From the NCBI GenBank assembly GCA_964515895.1, contig CAZEYH010000001.1:1-27298 (forward strand): a stretch of DNA of 27,298 nucleotides. The letters run 5' to 3'. This DNA comes from an uncultured Clostridiaceae bacterium. GTDB taxonomy: Bacteria > Bacillota > Clostridia > Acetivibrionales > DUMC01. A model generated the notes under the pieces. That model had not been told where the DNA came from. It saw only the letters and a list, made by a program, of their open reading frames with translations, and did no database searches. Below, piece by piece: positions 1 through 10,200 of this stretch (within the stretch, counting starts at the first letter, position 1; every line of letters begins with the position of its first letter). The translations under genes and the position numbers were made by a program.

Positions 1-132
1 AATAATTAAAATATATTTAAGATATTAGAATATGATACTGAATATAGAAAATAACATATTGTATTATAACCGTATTATATAAGATACGTTAAAAGATACA
101 TTAAAAATAATGTTAAGGATGAACAATATATA

Positions 133-1404
133 ATGACAGGCATGGGAATTAATGACAAAAGGCACAATGTTGACAGGTGCAATAATAAAAACTCACTAAA
201 TTGTAAACTCGATAGTAGTGATAAGTATGCAATTATTCTTACTTTATGTTTGTATTTACTGATGATTGTATATGCTATTTCCGTTACCATGATTGGTCCT
301 TTGATGTCGATACTTATAGAGCATTACAAACTTAGATTACATCAAGGCGGTCTTATAATAACATTCCAAAGCATTGGAGGAATTATTAGTATTACTCTTG
401 GGGCTATATTTGCTGACCGCATGAAAAAATCTGCTATAATAGCTGTAGCATATATATTATATGGAGTTTCGCTTTTTGCTATAAGCACAGTTCCTACATA
501 TAAGCTACTGCTGGGTGTATTTTTTATTCTAGGTGCCGGCACAAGAATGGTTGATTCTATTGTTAATGCTTACATAGCAGATCTCCATCCTAAACGAAGG
601 AGTTTTTATCTAAATATATTACATGGGTGCTTTGCAATAGGAGCGTTGATAGGTCCCTTGTATTCTCAGTACCTGGTGGGAAGTGGTATGAGTTGGGATA
701 GAACCTTCTGGATACTAGGAATTATTTGCATTTTTGTATTTACAGTATATATCGTACTAATTACAGTTTTACCCAATGAAATTGCTAATAAAAATGCAGC
801 TAAAAAACATGTTGACTTTTCCCGTGTAATGACAAGTAGAGCTGTATGGATTCTATGTCTTGTTATGGTAATGTATGTAGGACACCAATCAGGCATAAGC
901 ACTTGGTGGGCAATGTATATGGAGACTCATATAAATGTTTCACGGAAAGTATCAAGCATATCTTTATCCTTGTTCTGGGTTGGAATAATATTGGGACGCT
1001 TTATTTGTTCATATCTTACAAAACATTTCAAAGCTAAGAATATTCTTGTATGTGGTAATTTATTAGGTGGGCTTTTACTTACAATAAGTATAATAATAAA
1101 AAATCCATATTTTTTAGTTATATCAGCTGGACTCACAGGGTTATTTACAGGTGCTGTAATACCTTTACTGGTGACTATTGCCTGCGACTGGTATCCTGAA
1201 AACTCCGGTACAGCATCTTCAATGATATTTTTAAGCGGCACTTTTGCTCAAATTATATTTCCCTGGCTAATGGGAATTATAATGGAATATGTTGGCTTTC
1301 AATGGGGAATATTGATTTCAGGCATTACTCTGCTAGGAGGGTTCCTAATATCACTTGCAATTCCGGATAAACCTAATATTGATTTAGCTTTGGATTTATT
1401 TTAG
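133..1404 (+). CDS. MFS transporter (FucP/TsgA-like sugar permease group)
   Basis: 423-aa ORF with about 12 hydrophobic segments in two halves, a motif-A-like GAIFADRMKK loop and GIILGRF in the C-half. The start is uncertain because there is no clear RBS before ATG 133. Confidence 0.85.
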   Translation: MTGMGINDKRHNVDRCNNKNSLNCKLDSSDKYAIILTLCLYLLMIVYAISVTMIGPLMSILIEHYKLRLHQGGLIITFQSIGGIISITLGAIFADRMKKSAIIAVAYILYGVSLFAISTVPTYKLLLGVFFILGAGTRMVDSIVNAYIADLHPKRRSFYLNILHGCFAIGALIGPLYSQYLVGSGMSWDRTFWILGIICIFVFTVYIVLITVLPNEIANKNAAKKHVDFSRVMTSRAVWILCLVMVMYVGHQSGISTWWAMYMETHINVSRKVSSISLSLFWVGIILGRFICSYLTKHFKAKNILVCGNLLGGLLLTISIIIKNPYFLVISAGLTGLFTGAVIPLLVTIACDWYPENSGTASSMIFLSGTFAQIIFPWLMGIIMEYVGFQWGILISGITLLGGFLISLAIPDKPNIDLALDLF

Positions 1405-1448
1405 CAACTTGTTTTAAACTTCATTTGCTTTTTGCACTAAATTTAATA

Positions 1449-2012
1449 TTACAGTTGTTTAAGAAAGTTACGACCTGCTTGATACGCTGAATTTAATGCT
1501 TCCGGAAATTTCCTTATTTCTGCTTTACCGTCAACACCAGGAATAAATAATTCCCCTGAATATTCGATATCTAGTGAAATCATAAAACTCCTGATTACCA
1601 TGCGGGAATTTATAAAGTATTTGTCTGTATCCATAGCTGCTGCAGAGATATAAAAACCTTTTTTCTTTATAAGTGGAGCAGGATGGTGAAGCAGAAATTT
1701 ACGAACCCAAAAGGCTTGTCCTCTGTCAATAAAAGTTTTCATCTGAGCTGTAACACAGGCAAAATATATCGGTGATGCCAAAATAAGTCCCTTTGCATTT
1801 TCAATGCATTCATATATAATCCGGATGTCGTCTTTATATACACATATACCGGTTTCATCACACCGACAACACCCCATACACGGCTGTAATTCTATATCCC
1901 TTAGTTTAAAACGCATAATTTTCTCTTCAGTTTCCAAAGCACTGAGAAATGTATCCATAAGAATATCAGTATTACCGCCAGGCCTAGGGCTTCCATATAC
2001 AGCAACAAACAC
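1449..2012 (-). CDS. Flavodoxin-fold iron-sulfur flavoprotein / NADPH-dependent FMN reductase family
   Basis: Motifs: GSPRPGGNT FMN-phosphate loop, CMGCCRCDETGIC Cys cluster, ASPIYF and FIDR. GGAGGT RBS lies upstream of the GTG start. Confidence 0.88.
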   Translation of the reverse strand: MFVAVYGSPRPGGNTDILMDTFLSALETEEKIMRFKLRDIELQPCMGCCRCDETGICVYKDDIRIIYECIENAKGLILASPIYFACVTAQMKTFIDRGQAFWVRKFLLHHPAPLIKKKGFYISAAAMDTDKYFINSRMVIRSFMISLDIEYSGELFIPGVDGKAEIRKFPEALNSAYQAGRNFLKQL

Positions 2013-2112
2013 TTACATTACCTCCAATTACAGTATTAATGAGAAATCTCCGACACAAATAAGTGTACCATTTAGTATGACCGTGGTAAAGAGGTAAATC
2101 GAATTCTTTTCC

Positions 2113-2130
2113 CATGTACTCGGGTACATG
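2113..2130. promoter_or_regulatory. Palindrome CATGTAC-TCGG-GTACATG, candidate LacI-family operator
   Basis: Perfect 7-bp arms centred on CG, in the divergent intergenic region, 17 bp upstream of the lacI -35 box. Confidence 0.5.
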
Positions 2131-2147
2131 AGTGTTTTTTGCTTTTC

Positions 2148-2176
2148 TTGACAAAATAAGGATAATGCAGTAGAAT
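2148..2176 (+). promoter_or_regulatory. sigmaA-type promoter for the LacI gene
   Basis: TTGACA (2148-2153), 17-bp spacer, TAGAAT (2171-2176). Confidence 0.7.
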
Positions 2177-2217
2177 TTATACGTATAAATGAATATAATA
2201 TTTTTGGAGAACATTTT

Positions 2218-3228
2218 ATGAAACGTAAGAATTCGGTATCCAGTAAGGATGTAGCTAGGGAAGCGGGAGTATCTCAGGCCACGGTTTCTTATATATTGAA
2301 TAATGTGCAAAATGTTAAGATAAAGCCTGAAACTAGGCAAGCTGTGCTTGATGCTGTAAAAAAACTAAATTATCATCCAAATCAGATTGCCCGAGGAATG
2401 AAACTTAAAAGATCTATGTCTGTAGGAGTCGTTACTGACAGGAATGTTACCAACTTTTATTTTATGAAAGCTTTAGAAGGTATCAGAGATGGACTCCAGG
2501 AAGATAATTATTCTATAACCCTTTTATTTAATAAGCATGAAGATACCGGTGAGGCAGAATTTATCAAATATTATAATTCAAATAGAATAGATGGAGTAAT
2601 ATTTGCTTTTGCTTCCGTTGAGGATAGCCAGATCGAATATTTGAATAATATGGGAGTTCCATATGTAATTATAGGTACATATAGCACAGAAAGGGATGTT
2701 TATGAGGTCTGTACAGACCATCTTGACTATATTCAAAATGTGATAGGTTATTTTAAATCTAAAGGGGTACAAAATATAGCCTATGTGGGACCTACTCCTA
2801 AATGCCGGGCCGATAGAAGGCTTGAAGCTTTTAAAAACGCCATGGCTTTCCATAACTATGATTTAAGAGAGAATTTTATTGTCCGGAGTACATTTAATAA
2901 TAACGAGATATATAAATCAATTAAAGGACTTTTTACAGATGATATATATAAACCTGATGCTATTATTGCAGGCTCTCCCAGGTTTGGTATGCTTGCCGTG
3001 AAGTGCTGCCATATGCTAAGTATAAAAATTCCTAATGAAGTACGTATAGTAGCAATAGGCTCATCGAAATATTTTGATATTATCTATCCGTCCATATCTT
3101 CAATAGAACTACCTCTTTATGATATGGGGTTTAAGGCGGCGCAAATGTTCCTAGAAATAATTAAAGGAGCAGATGTAGAAAAGACGGCAGTACTGCCGTC
3201 TGAAATTATTGAGAGAGAATCTTCATAA
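2218..3228 (+). CDS. LacI/GalR family transcriptional regulator
   Basis: N-terminal HTH SKDVAREAGVSQATVSYILN, hinge YHPNQIARGM, and a periplasmic-binding-protein-like C-domain. Confidence 0.93.
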   Translation: MKRKNSVSSKDVAREAGVSQATVSYILNNVQNVKIKPETRQAVLDAVKKLNYHPNQIARGMKLKRSMSVGVVTDRNVTNFYFMKALEGIRDGLQEDNYSITLLFNKHEDTGEAEFIKYYNSNRIDGVIFAFASVEDSQIEYLNNMGVPYVIIGTYSTERDVYEVCTDHLDYIQNVIGYFKSKGVQNIAYVGPTPKCRADRRLEAFKNAMAFHNYDLRENFIVRSTFNNNEIYKSIKGLFTDDIYKPDAIIAGSPRFGMLAVKCCHMLSIKIPNEVRIVAIGSSKYFDIIYPSISSIELPLYDMGFKAAQMFLEIIKGADVEKTAVLPSEIIERESS

Positions 3229-3314
3229 AGTGTAAAACTCTAGTAAAACTGTAGTATATATATTCGAAATTAATATAAGAATTAAAATGAAGTTAGTTTA
3301 GGAGTTGGCTTATT

Positions 3315-5075
3315 ATGAGAGCAAAACATATCTTATGGGATTTCATTAAAGAATATAAATGGAGATATTTAATAGGTATAGTATTTCTTCTTATTACATC
3401 ATTTATTACGTCATTAATACCCAAAATAATTGGTATTATTACTGATAGTCTGAAAGATAAAATGCCGGTTTCAGTTATAAATAAGCATTTAGTTATTTTA
3501 ATATCTGCTGCTGTTGCGGCTTTTATCTTCAGATTTATATGGAGATATTTCCTTATGGGTAATTGCAGGTATTTGGAGTGTCATTTGAGAGGTAAATTAT
3601 TTAAACATCTGCAGACTCTACCTGCAAGTTTTTATGATAATAATAAGACAGGAGACCTTATAGCCTATGCTATTAATGATATACAGGCGATAAGACGTAC
3701 CTTTGGTTTCGGATTTACTGCAATACTTGATGGGATAGTAGTAAACACAGTTTCAATTCTAATTATGGCCAAGACTATTAATCCTATCCTTACTGCAATA
3801 GCTCTTGCACCTGCACCTATAATAGTATTTATACTTTATAAATTAAGGAGAAAAATTCGTGAAAGGTTTACCGATGTACAAAAAGCTTTTGCATCAATTT
3901 CTGAAAAGGTTCAGGAGAATATATCGGGAATTAGGGTTATAAAAGCTTTCGCCCAAGAAAAGGAGGAAGTGGAGGATTTTACAAAGTATAGTCAAGCTAG
4001 AGTAGATACTCATATGAAATTAACAAGAGTTTCTTCTGCTCTTGGGCCTGTAACGCAGGTTCTTTTTGGTATGAGTGTAGTATTTTTTATCATATACGGT
4101 AGTGGATTAGTTACTAAAGGGGTAATTTCCTTAGGGGATTATGTAGCCTTTAACTCATATATAATGGTTATAATGAGACCTATAGTAAGGATAAGTAGAA
4201 TTGTTGAGATATGGCAGCGGGGTATAGCTTCAGCCGGACGTTTAGATAATATTTTTACTGTAAAAGGAGAACAGGAAACTAGTCAATCCCAGAAAGGAAG
4301 TTTTAGAGGAAGTATTGAAATAAAGAATTTAAACTTTATATATCCAGGGACGGAAAATATTGTTTTGAAAGATATAAATCTGAAGATTAAAGAAGGGAAA
4401 ACATTAGGGATACTTGGTAAAACCGGCAGTGGAAAAACAACGTTGGCTAACCTACTGCTAAAGCTATATAGTGTTGAGGATGGACAAATATTTATAGATG
4501 GGAAAGATATTAACAAAATACCTGCTGAAATTTTAAGGGAAAATATTGGATATGTGCCCCAGGATAATTTTCTATTTTCTACTACAATAAAGAATAATAT
4601 TGAGTTTTTCAGGCCTATTTACCTGGATTATGAAATTCAACAGGCAGCAATGATGGCCAGAATATATGATGATATTTTAACTTTCCCGGAAGGTTTTGAT
4701 ACTATTGTTGGTGAACGAGGTGTTACTCTTTCCGGAGGGCAGAAGCAAAGAGTGTCTATTGCAAGGGCGCTTATCAAGGAACCTACTATACTTATACTTG
4801 ATGATAGCCTTTCTGCAGTAGATACAAAGACGGAAGAAGAGATACTGGGAAATGTGAAAAAAGTATTAGAAAATAGAACAGGTATAATTATTTCCCATAG
4901 AGTTTCAACAGTAAAACATGCAGATCAGATTATATTTATGGATGAGGGTAGGATTGTTGAGAAAGGAACTCATGAGGAATTAATGGAGCTGCAAGGGATG
5001 TATTACACTCTTTACAAGTCCCAGATGGAACAAGATGAAGAACTCAAGGAACATGAATGGGGAATTTTAGCATGA
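3315..5075 (+). CDS. ABC exporter, fused TMD+NBD, subunit 1 of a heterodimer (BmrC/TM287-like)
   Basis: Walker A GKTGSGKT, signature LSGGQ, degenerate Walker B ILILDD (E to D), H-loop ISHR, six-helix N-terminal TMD, and a GGAG RBS. Confidence 0.92.
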   Translation: MRAKHILWDFIKEYKWRYLIGIVFLLITSFITSLIPKIIGIITDSLKDKMPVSVINKHLVILISAAVAAFIFRFIWRYFLMGNCRYLECHLRGKLFKHLQTLPASFYDNNKTGDLIAYAINDIQAIRRTFGFGFTAILDGIVVNTVSILIMAKTINPILTAIALAPAPIIVFILYKLRRKIRERFTDVQKAFASISEKVQENISGIRVIKAFAQEKEEVEDFTKYSQARVDTHMKLTRVSSALGPVTQVLFGMSVVFFIIYGSGLVTKGVISLGDYVAFNSYIMVIMRPIVRISRIVEIWQRGIASAGRLDNIFTVKGEQETSQSQKGSFRGSIEIKNLNFIYPGTENIVLKDINLKIKEGKTLGILGKTGSGKTTLANLLLKLYSVEDGQIFIDGKDINKIPAEILRENIGYVPQDNFLFSTTIKNNIEFFRPIYLDYEIQQAAMMARIYDDILTFPEGFDTIVGERGVTLSGGQKQRVSIARALIKEPTILILDDSLSAVDTKTEEEILGNVKKVLENRTGIIISHRVSTVKHADQIIFMDEGRIVEKGTHEELMELQGMYYTLYKSQMEQDEELKEHEWGILA

Positions 5076-5097
5076 TAATAAAAGGGGGATTGCGAGG

Positions 5098-6999
5098 ATG
5101 CCAATCAAAGACAAAAATAGAAATAAGGGTAGAAAGATCCAATTTATAAGGCTCTTGAGTTATTTTAAACCATATATGTTATTACTACTTTTAAGTATTA
5201 TATTTGCATTTTTGATAAATGGAGCAGTACTCATGAAGCCATATATAATCAAATATGTAATAGACGACTACCTTGCTGTAGGAATTAATGATTCCCGTGT
5301 TTTTACACGCATGGGGTTAGTATACTTGGGAGTAGTATTGGTAGGAGCAGGATTTGGATATGTTCAGACATATCTTTTAACATTTATAGGACAAAGAATT
5401 ATGTTCGATATTAGAAATCAGCTTTTTGGTCATATACAGAATATGTCTATGAAGTTTTTTGACACAAATTCTTCGGGAAGAATCCTTACAAGAGTTACAA
5501 ATGACGTAGAATCCCTTAACGAAATATTTTCCGGAATGATTGTAGACCTCATTAGGGATTTTATAATGTTGGTAGGAATATTAGCTATTATGTTTTCAAT
5601 GAACAAGACACTCGCTCTTATCAGTATTTGTAGTGTTCCACTGATTGCAGTTATAACAATAATTTACCGTAAAGCTGCAAGAAAGAATTTTTTGAAAATG
5701 AAGGGGCTCATTGCAAAAATTAATGGATTTTTAGCAGAAAACATATCAGGCATGAAACTAGTACGGATATTCAATATAGAAAAAGAAAAATATAAAGAAT
5801 TCGAAGAGCTAGATAAAGAATATTTTTCTACAAGTATGAGAGAACTGATACTTAATAGTTTTTGCAGACCTATTGTAGAAATTATTAACACTCTTACAAT
5901 AGCTTTGCTAATATGGTATTGCAGTGGAAGAGTTGCAGGTGGCAATTTGGAAATAGGTGTTTTGTATGCTTTCATAACTTATATTAAACAGATTTTCAGA
6001 CCTATTAATGATATATCTGAAAACTACACTCAGATACAGTCGGCACTTATTTCATCTGAAAGAATATTCGATATACTTGATAGAAAAGAATTACTAGAAG
6101 ATATGGAAGGTGGTAAATCTATTTATGAGCTTAAAGTTGCAAGTCAATCTAGTACTGTAAATCAACCTAATGAGTATAAAGCTGTCGGTCAGCCCAATAA
6201 GATAGGAGATAAAATTGAATTTAATGATATAGGATATCAGTCTGAATTAAATAAGCTTAAAGGAGACGTAGAATTCAAGAATGTGTGGTTTGCATATAAT
6301 GAGGAAGAATGGGTATTAAAGGATGTAAGCTTTCGAATTGAACCGGGTGAAACAGTTGCTTTTGTGGGAGCTACCGGGTCAGGGAAAACAACTATTATTA
6401 ATCTTATGGCTAGATTTTATGATATTCAGAAAGGCGAAATTCTTATAGATGGTATAAACATAAAAGAATACAATCTAAAAGACTTAAGACGGCAGATAGC
6501 AGTTGTAATGCAGGATGTTTTCCTATTTTCCGGGGATATAAAATCCAACGTTCGCCTTAAGAACAGCCAAATATCTGATGCTGATATTAGATATGCCTCG
6601 GAGCTTGTATGTGCAGATAAGTTTATTGAATCTCTTCCAAATAAATATGATGAAGAAGTAAAGGAAAGAGGATGTACTTTTTCAGCAGGCCAAAGGCAAT
6701 TAATATCCTTTGCAAGAGCAGTAGCCTTTAAACCATCTATATTTGTATTAGATGAGGCTACCGCAAATATTGATACAGAAACAGAAATAGCTATACAAAA
6801 TGCCATGACTAATATATCCGGAGAGAATACTACCATTATTATTGCCCACAGACTCTCTACTATTAGAAATGCTGATAAAATTATAGTAATCCATAAAGGT
6901 AAAGTGGAAGAGATGGGTACGCATGAAGAATTGCTTGAATTAGATGGTATATATTATCAACTTTATGAAAAACAACTAAGCTATCAGCATACAGCATAG
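5098..6999 (+). CDS. ABC exporter, fused TMD+NBD, subunit 2 of a heterodimer (BmrD/TM288-like)
   Basis: Walker A GATGSGKT, canonical Walker B FVLDE, degenerate signature FSAGQ and IAHR. The defects are complementary to subunit 1, giving one consensus and one degenerate ATP site, as in known heterodimeric exporters. Confidence 0.92.
   Translation: MPIKDKNRNKGRKIQFIRLLSYFKPYMLLLLLSIIFAFLINGAVLMKPYIIKYVIDDYLAVGINDSRVFTRMGLVYLGVVLVGAGFGYVQTYLLTFIGQRIMFDIRNQLFGHIQNMSMKFFDTNSSGRILTRVTNDVESLNEIFSGMIVDLIRDFIMLVGILAIMFSMNKTLALISICSVPLIAVITIIYRKAARKNFLKMKGLIAKINGFLAENISGMKLVRIFNIEKEKYKEFEELDKEYFSTSMRELILNSFCRPIVEIINTLTIALLIWYCSGRVAGGNLEIGVLYAFITYIKQIFRPINDISENYTQIQSALISSERIFDILDRKELLEDMEGGKSIYELKVASQSSTVNQPNEYKAVGQPNKIGDKIEFNDIGYQSELNKLKGDVEFKNVWFAYNEEEWVLKDVSFRIEPGETVAFVGATGSGKTTIINLMARFYDIQKGEILIDGINIKEYNLKDLRRQIAVVMQDVFLFSGDIKSNVRLKNSQISDADIRYASELVCADKFIESLPNKYDEEVKERGCTFSAGQRQLISFARAVAFKPSIFVLDEATANIDTETEIAIQNAMTNISGENTTIIIAHRLSTIRNADKIIVIHKGKVEEMGTHEELLELDGIYYQLYEKQLSYQHTA
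6128..6262 (+). repeat. 9-bp direct repeat AGCTTAAAG flanking a 126-bp in-frame linker insertion
   Basis: AGCTTAAAG occurs at 6128-6136 and 6254-6262, offset 126 bp (42 codons). Degenerate internal units VNQPNEYKA and VGQPNKIGD are 27 bp apart. Confidence 0.7.
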
Positions 7000-7267
7000 A
7001 GAAATAGAGTGTATAATAAGAAAAAATTAAGTAAAAATTTATATGAAAAAACATACATTAAAAAATTTCTTGGGCAATTTAATTTTAATAAAGGAGTTTG
7101 CGAAATTATGTAGAATATATAATGCATACAATATAAAAATAAAACAATATAAGACTTGACCAACGCCAGCTAGATTAATTGGGGGTGGATATAATTTAAA
7201 TCTTATTCATATTAGAGCTGGTATTTTTACTAGCAACCACTTGCGTTGGTTTGCCGGGAGGAATTTT

Positions 7268-10200
7268 GTGAATTTTATAAAAGCTTCATATGCAAACAAG
7301 ATTCTGTTTATGTTTATATGTATGCTTGTGTTAATATTTTATTTTCTAACAGGCTGTAGTAATGCAGAACAAGTTCCTAAAGCAAAAAATGGAGTTCTTG
7401 ACTTGACAGATTGGGATCTTGAAATGGATGGTGCTGTAAAGCTTGATGGAGAATGGGAATTTTATTGGGGACAATTATTAACACCGGAAGATTTTGCAGA
7501 AAAACAGGGTTCAGAAAAATTTGAAGCAGAAAAATTGTTGGGGGAAATACCAAAAAATTGGAATAAATATAGGTATAATGATAAAAAATTAGAATCAGAT
7601 GGATATGCTACCTTCCGGTTGGAAGTAGGACTAAAAAATTCTGAAAATATTGCAGGTATAAAGTTACCTGCAATTTCTACATCTTATAAACTCTGGATTA
7701 ATGGGGATATATATAATAGTATTGGCAAGGTTGGTAAGACCGGAAAAGAATTTTCACCCAGATATTTCCCGGATACTGTTTATTTCAGTTTACAAAATCG
7801 TGAACATAATAGAAACAGCGGAATTAATGAAATTGAAATTATTATCCAGGTAGCTAATTTTATGCACCGTAGAGGTGGAATTTGGCAACCTTTAATTTTT
7901 GGCACTGCTAAACAGATAAAAAACATACGAGAAAAAAGACTGTTTTTAGACGTATTTCTTTTTTCAAGCCTTTTAATAATAGGGCTTTATCTGATATTTA
8001 TGTATTTTACTCATCGTAAAAACTTATATGTTGTATATTTAGGGATTTTTAGCCTTATTATGTCAATACGCACCTTGTTATTGGGGGAAATGTATCTGTC
8101 TAGTATTTTATCTACTGTTCCTCAGGAATTACTCCTTAAAGTAGAGTACCTTACATTATGCATGGGACTGGTATTATGTGTTTTGTATCTTGAATCACTT
8201 ATCCCCGATAAATTAAATAAAAAAATAAGTTTATCATTTAAACTTTCAGGACTACTTTTTGCAATTTTTGTAATAGTCTCACCTGCAAGGATATATAATA
8301 GGCTGTTGATAGTTATTCAATTTGTAATAATTATTATGGGATTATACTTTGTAAATATATTTAAATCTATGGTTCTAAACGGAAAAAAAGAAGCGCTTTT
8401 TATACTCATTGGAACACTATTTTTATATGGAACAGTTATCAATGATATTCTATTTTTTAATGAGATTATATTTACAGAAAGTTATTCTTCTCTTGGCCTT
8501 TTCTTTTTTATCATTTCTCATGCCATTATGATTTCAATACATCATTCTAAAGCTTTTTCAAGGGCTGAAAGGGTTTCAGAACATTTAGTTGCTATAGATA
8601 AATTAAAAGACGATTTTCTGATATATACATCCAATGAACTTTACAAACCACTAAAAGGAATCATTGGAATATCAGAATCCATGATAGAAGGGGCAACCGG
8701 TAAATTAAATTCAATACAATTGTCTAACCTTTCTAAAATTGTATTGAGCTCAAGGAGATTATTTAATCTTGTAAATGATATAGCAGATTTTTCAAAAATT
8801 AAGAACAATGATATTATCCTGGAGAAAAAGCCAGTAGATTTAAAGCAGGTTACAAAACTTGTTTTTGAGCTGTGCAAACCAATGGCATCAGAAAAAACGT
8901 TGGAATTAAAAAACAACATAAGTCCAGGTATTCCGCTGGCATATGGGGATGAAAGCAGAATTCAGCAAATAATATATAATATTGTGAGTATTGCTATTCA
9001 GAATACTGATTTAGGAATAGTAACTGTAACGGTTAGAGTAGCAGGAGAAATGCTGGTAGTTATTACTACGGATAATGAAGAGGAAATGTCATCTAGTGAG
9101 CTAGATAGTATTTTTGAGTCTTTTGCATATGAGAAATCATTTTTGTTAAACAAATATGGTGCCGGTGGTATAAGTTTGAGGATAGCAAAATATTTGGTGG
9201 AACTTCATGGAGGGGAAATTAGTATTATACCATTTCAAAATAAAGGTACTAGCTTTATTTTTACTCTTCCAATATTTAATGAAAAAGTTGCAGAACATCA
9301 AGCAAAAGATGCAGAAAAAATCAGTCATAAGTACGAAAACATTTTGGAAAAAGAAGACATATTGGAAGATGAAGATATATACCAAAAAAACGATGATGAA
9401 TATGTGAAAAATGATGATTTTACATCTATAAAACCCGATGGAAAATTTAATATTCTTGTTGCTGATGACGATCCTGTAGACCTCCAGGTCATGGTTAACT
9501 ATCTTTCATTAGAGGGTTATAACGTGACTGAAATTGTAAATGGTGAAGAAGTAATATCTAAAATTAGAGAAAATAAGGAAGATTATATTAAGAAGTTCGA
9601 TTTGCTGATTATAGATATTATGATGCCTAAAATATCAGGATATGAGATCTGCAAGACTTTAAGGAAAGAGTTTTCAATTTTCGAATTACCTATATTGATG
9701 CTTACAAGAAAAGGGCAATATGATGATGTTATGACAGGTTTTATGGTTGGTGCGAATGATTATATTTCAAAACCTTTTGACAGAAGAGAACTATTAACAC
9801 GCGTTGGAACACTGTTGGCTTTTAAACATTCTGTTGAAACTGCTATTGTGAATGCAAGGAATTTAGAAGCTGAGATAAATAGGCGTACCTTTGCAGAAGC
9901 TCTAGGTGAATTTTCGAAAGCACTTACATCAACTCTTGAACTAAATGAAGTACTAGAGCGGTTCTTAGAAAAACTAGGTAATTTTGTTTTATTTGATAGT
10001 GGTATGGTAATGCTAAAGGAGGATATGAATTTTAGAGTTATTTCTAACATAGGTTGTTTTAATGAAAATTCTAGTTTTAGCAAAGATTTTGCGAATACAT
10101 TGATTGAATCGAAAAATTCTGCGCTTATACAAACTATACTTAAAAATCAAATGCCTGTAATAATTGGAGATGCCAAGGAGGATAATATATATTGCATTTG

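Noticed and set aside
7043-7159. 38-codon sORF, and an AAGGAG...ATG-TAG start-stop at 7091-7113
   Set aside because: The sORF has no RBS and the start-stop has 11-nt spacing. Both are plausible by chance in AT-rich DNA.
7241-7267. TTG start for the cyclase
   Set aside because: GGGAGG lies inside this extension, 6 nt before GTG 7268, which is the better start.
7140-7267. Possible c-di-GMP or other riboswitch in the cyclase leader (CCAGCT/AGCTGG pairing)
   Set aside because: No GEMM or other known consensus elements are visible and the pairing is short. A cmsearch against Rfam would be needed.
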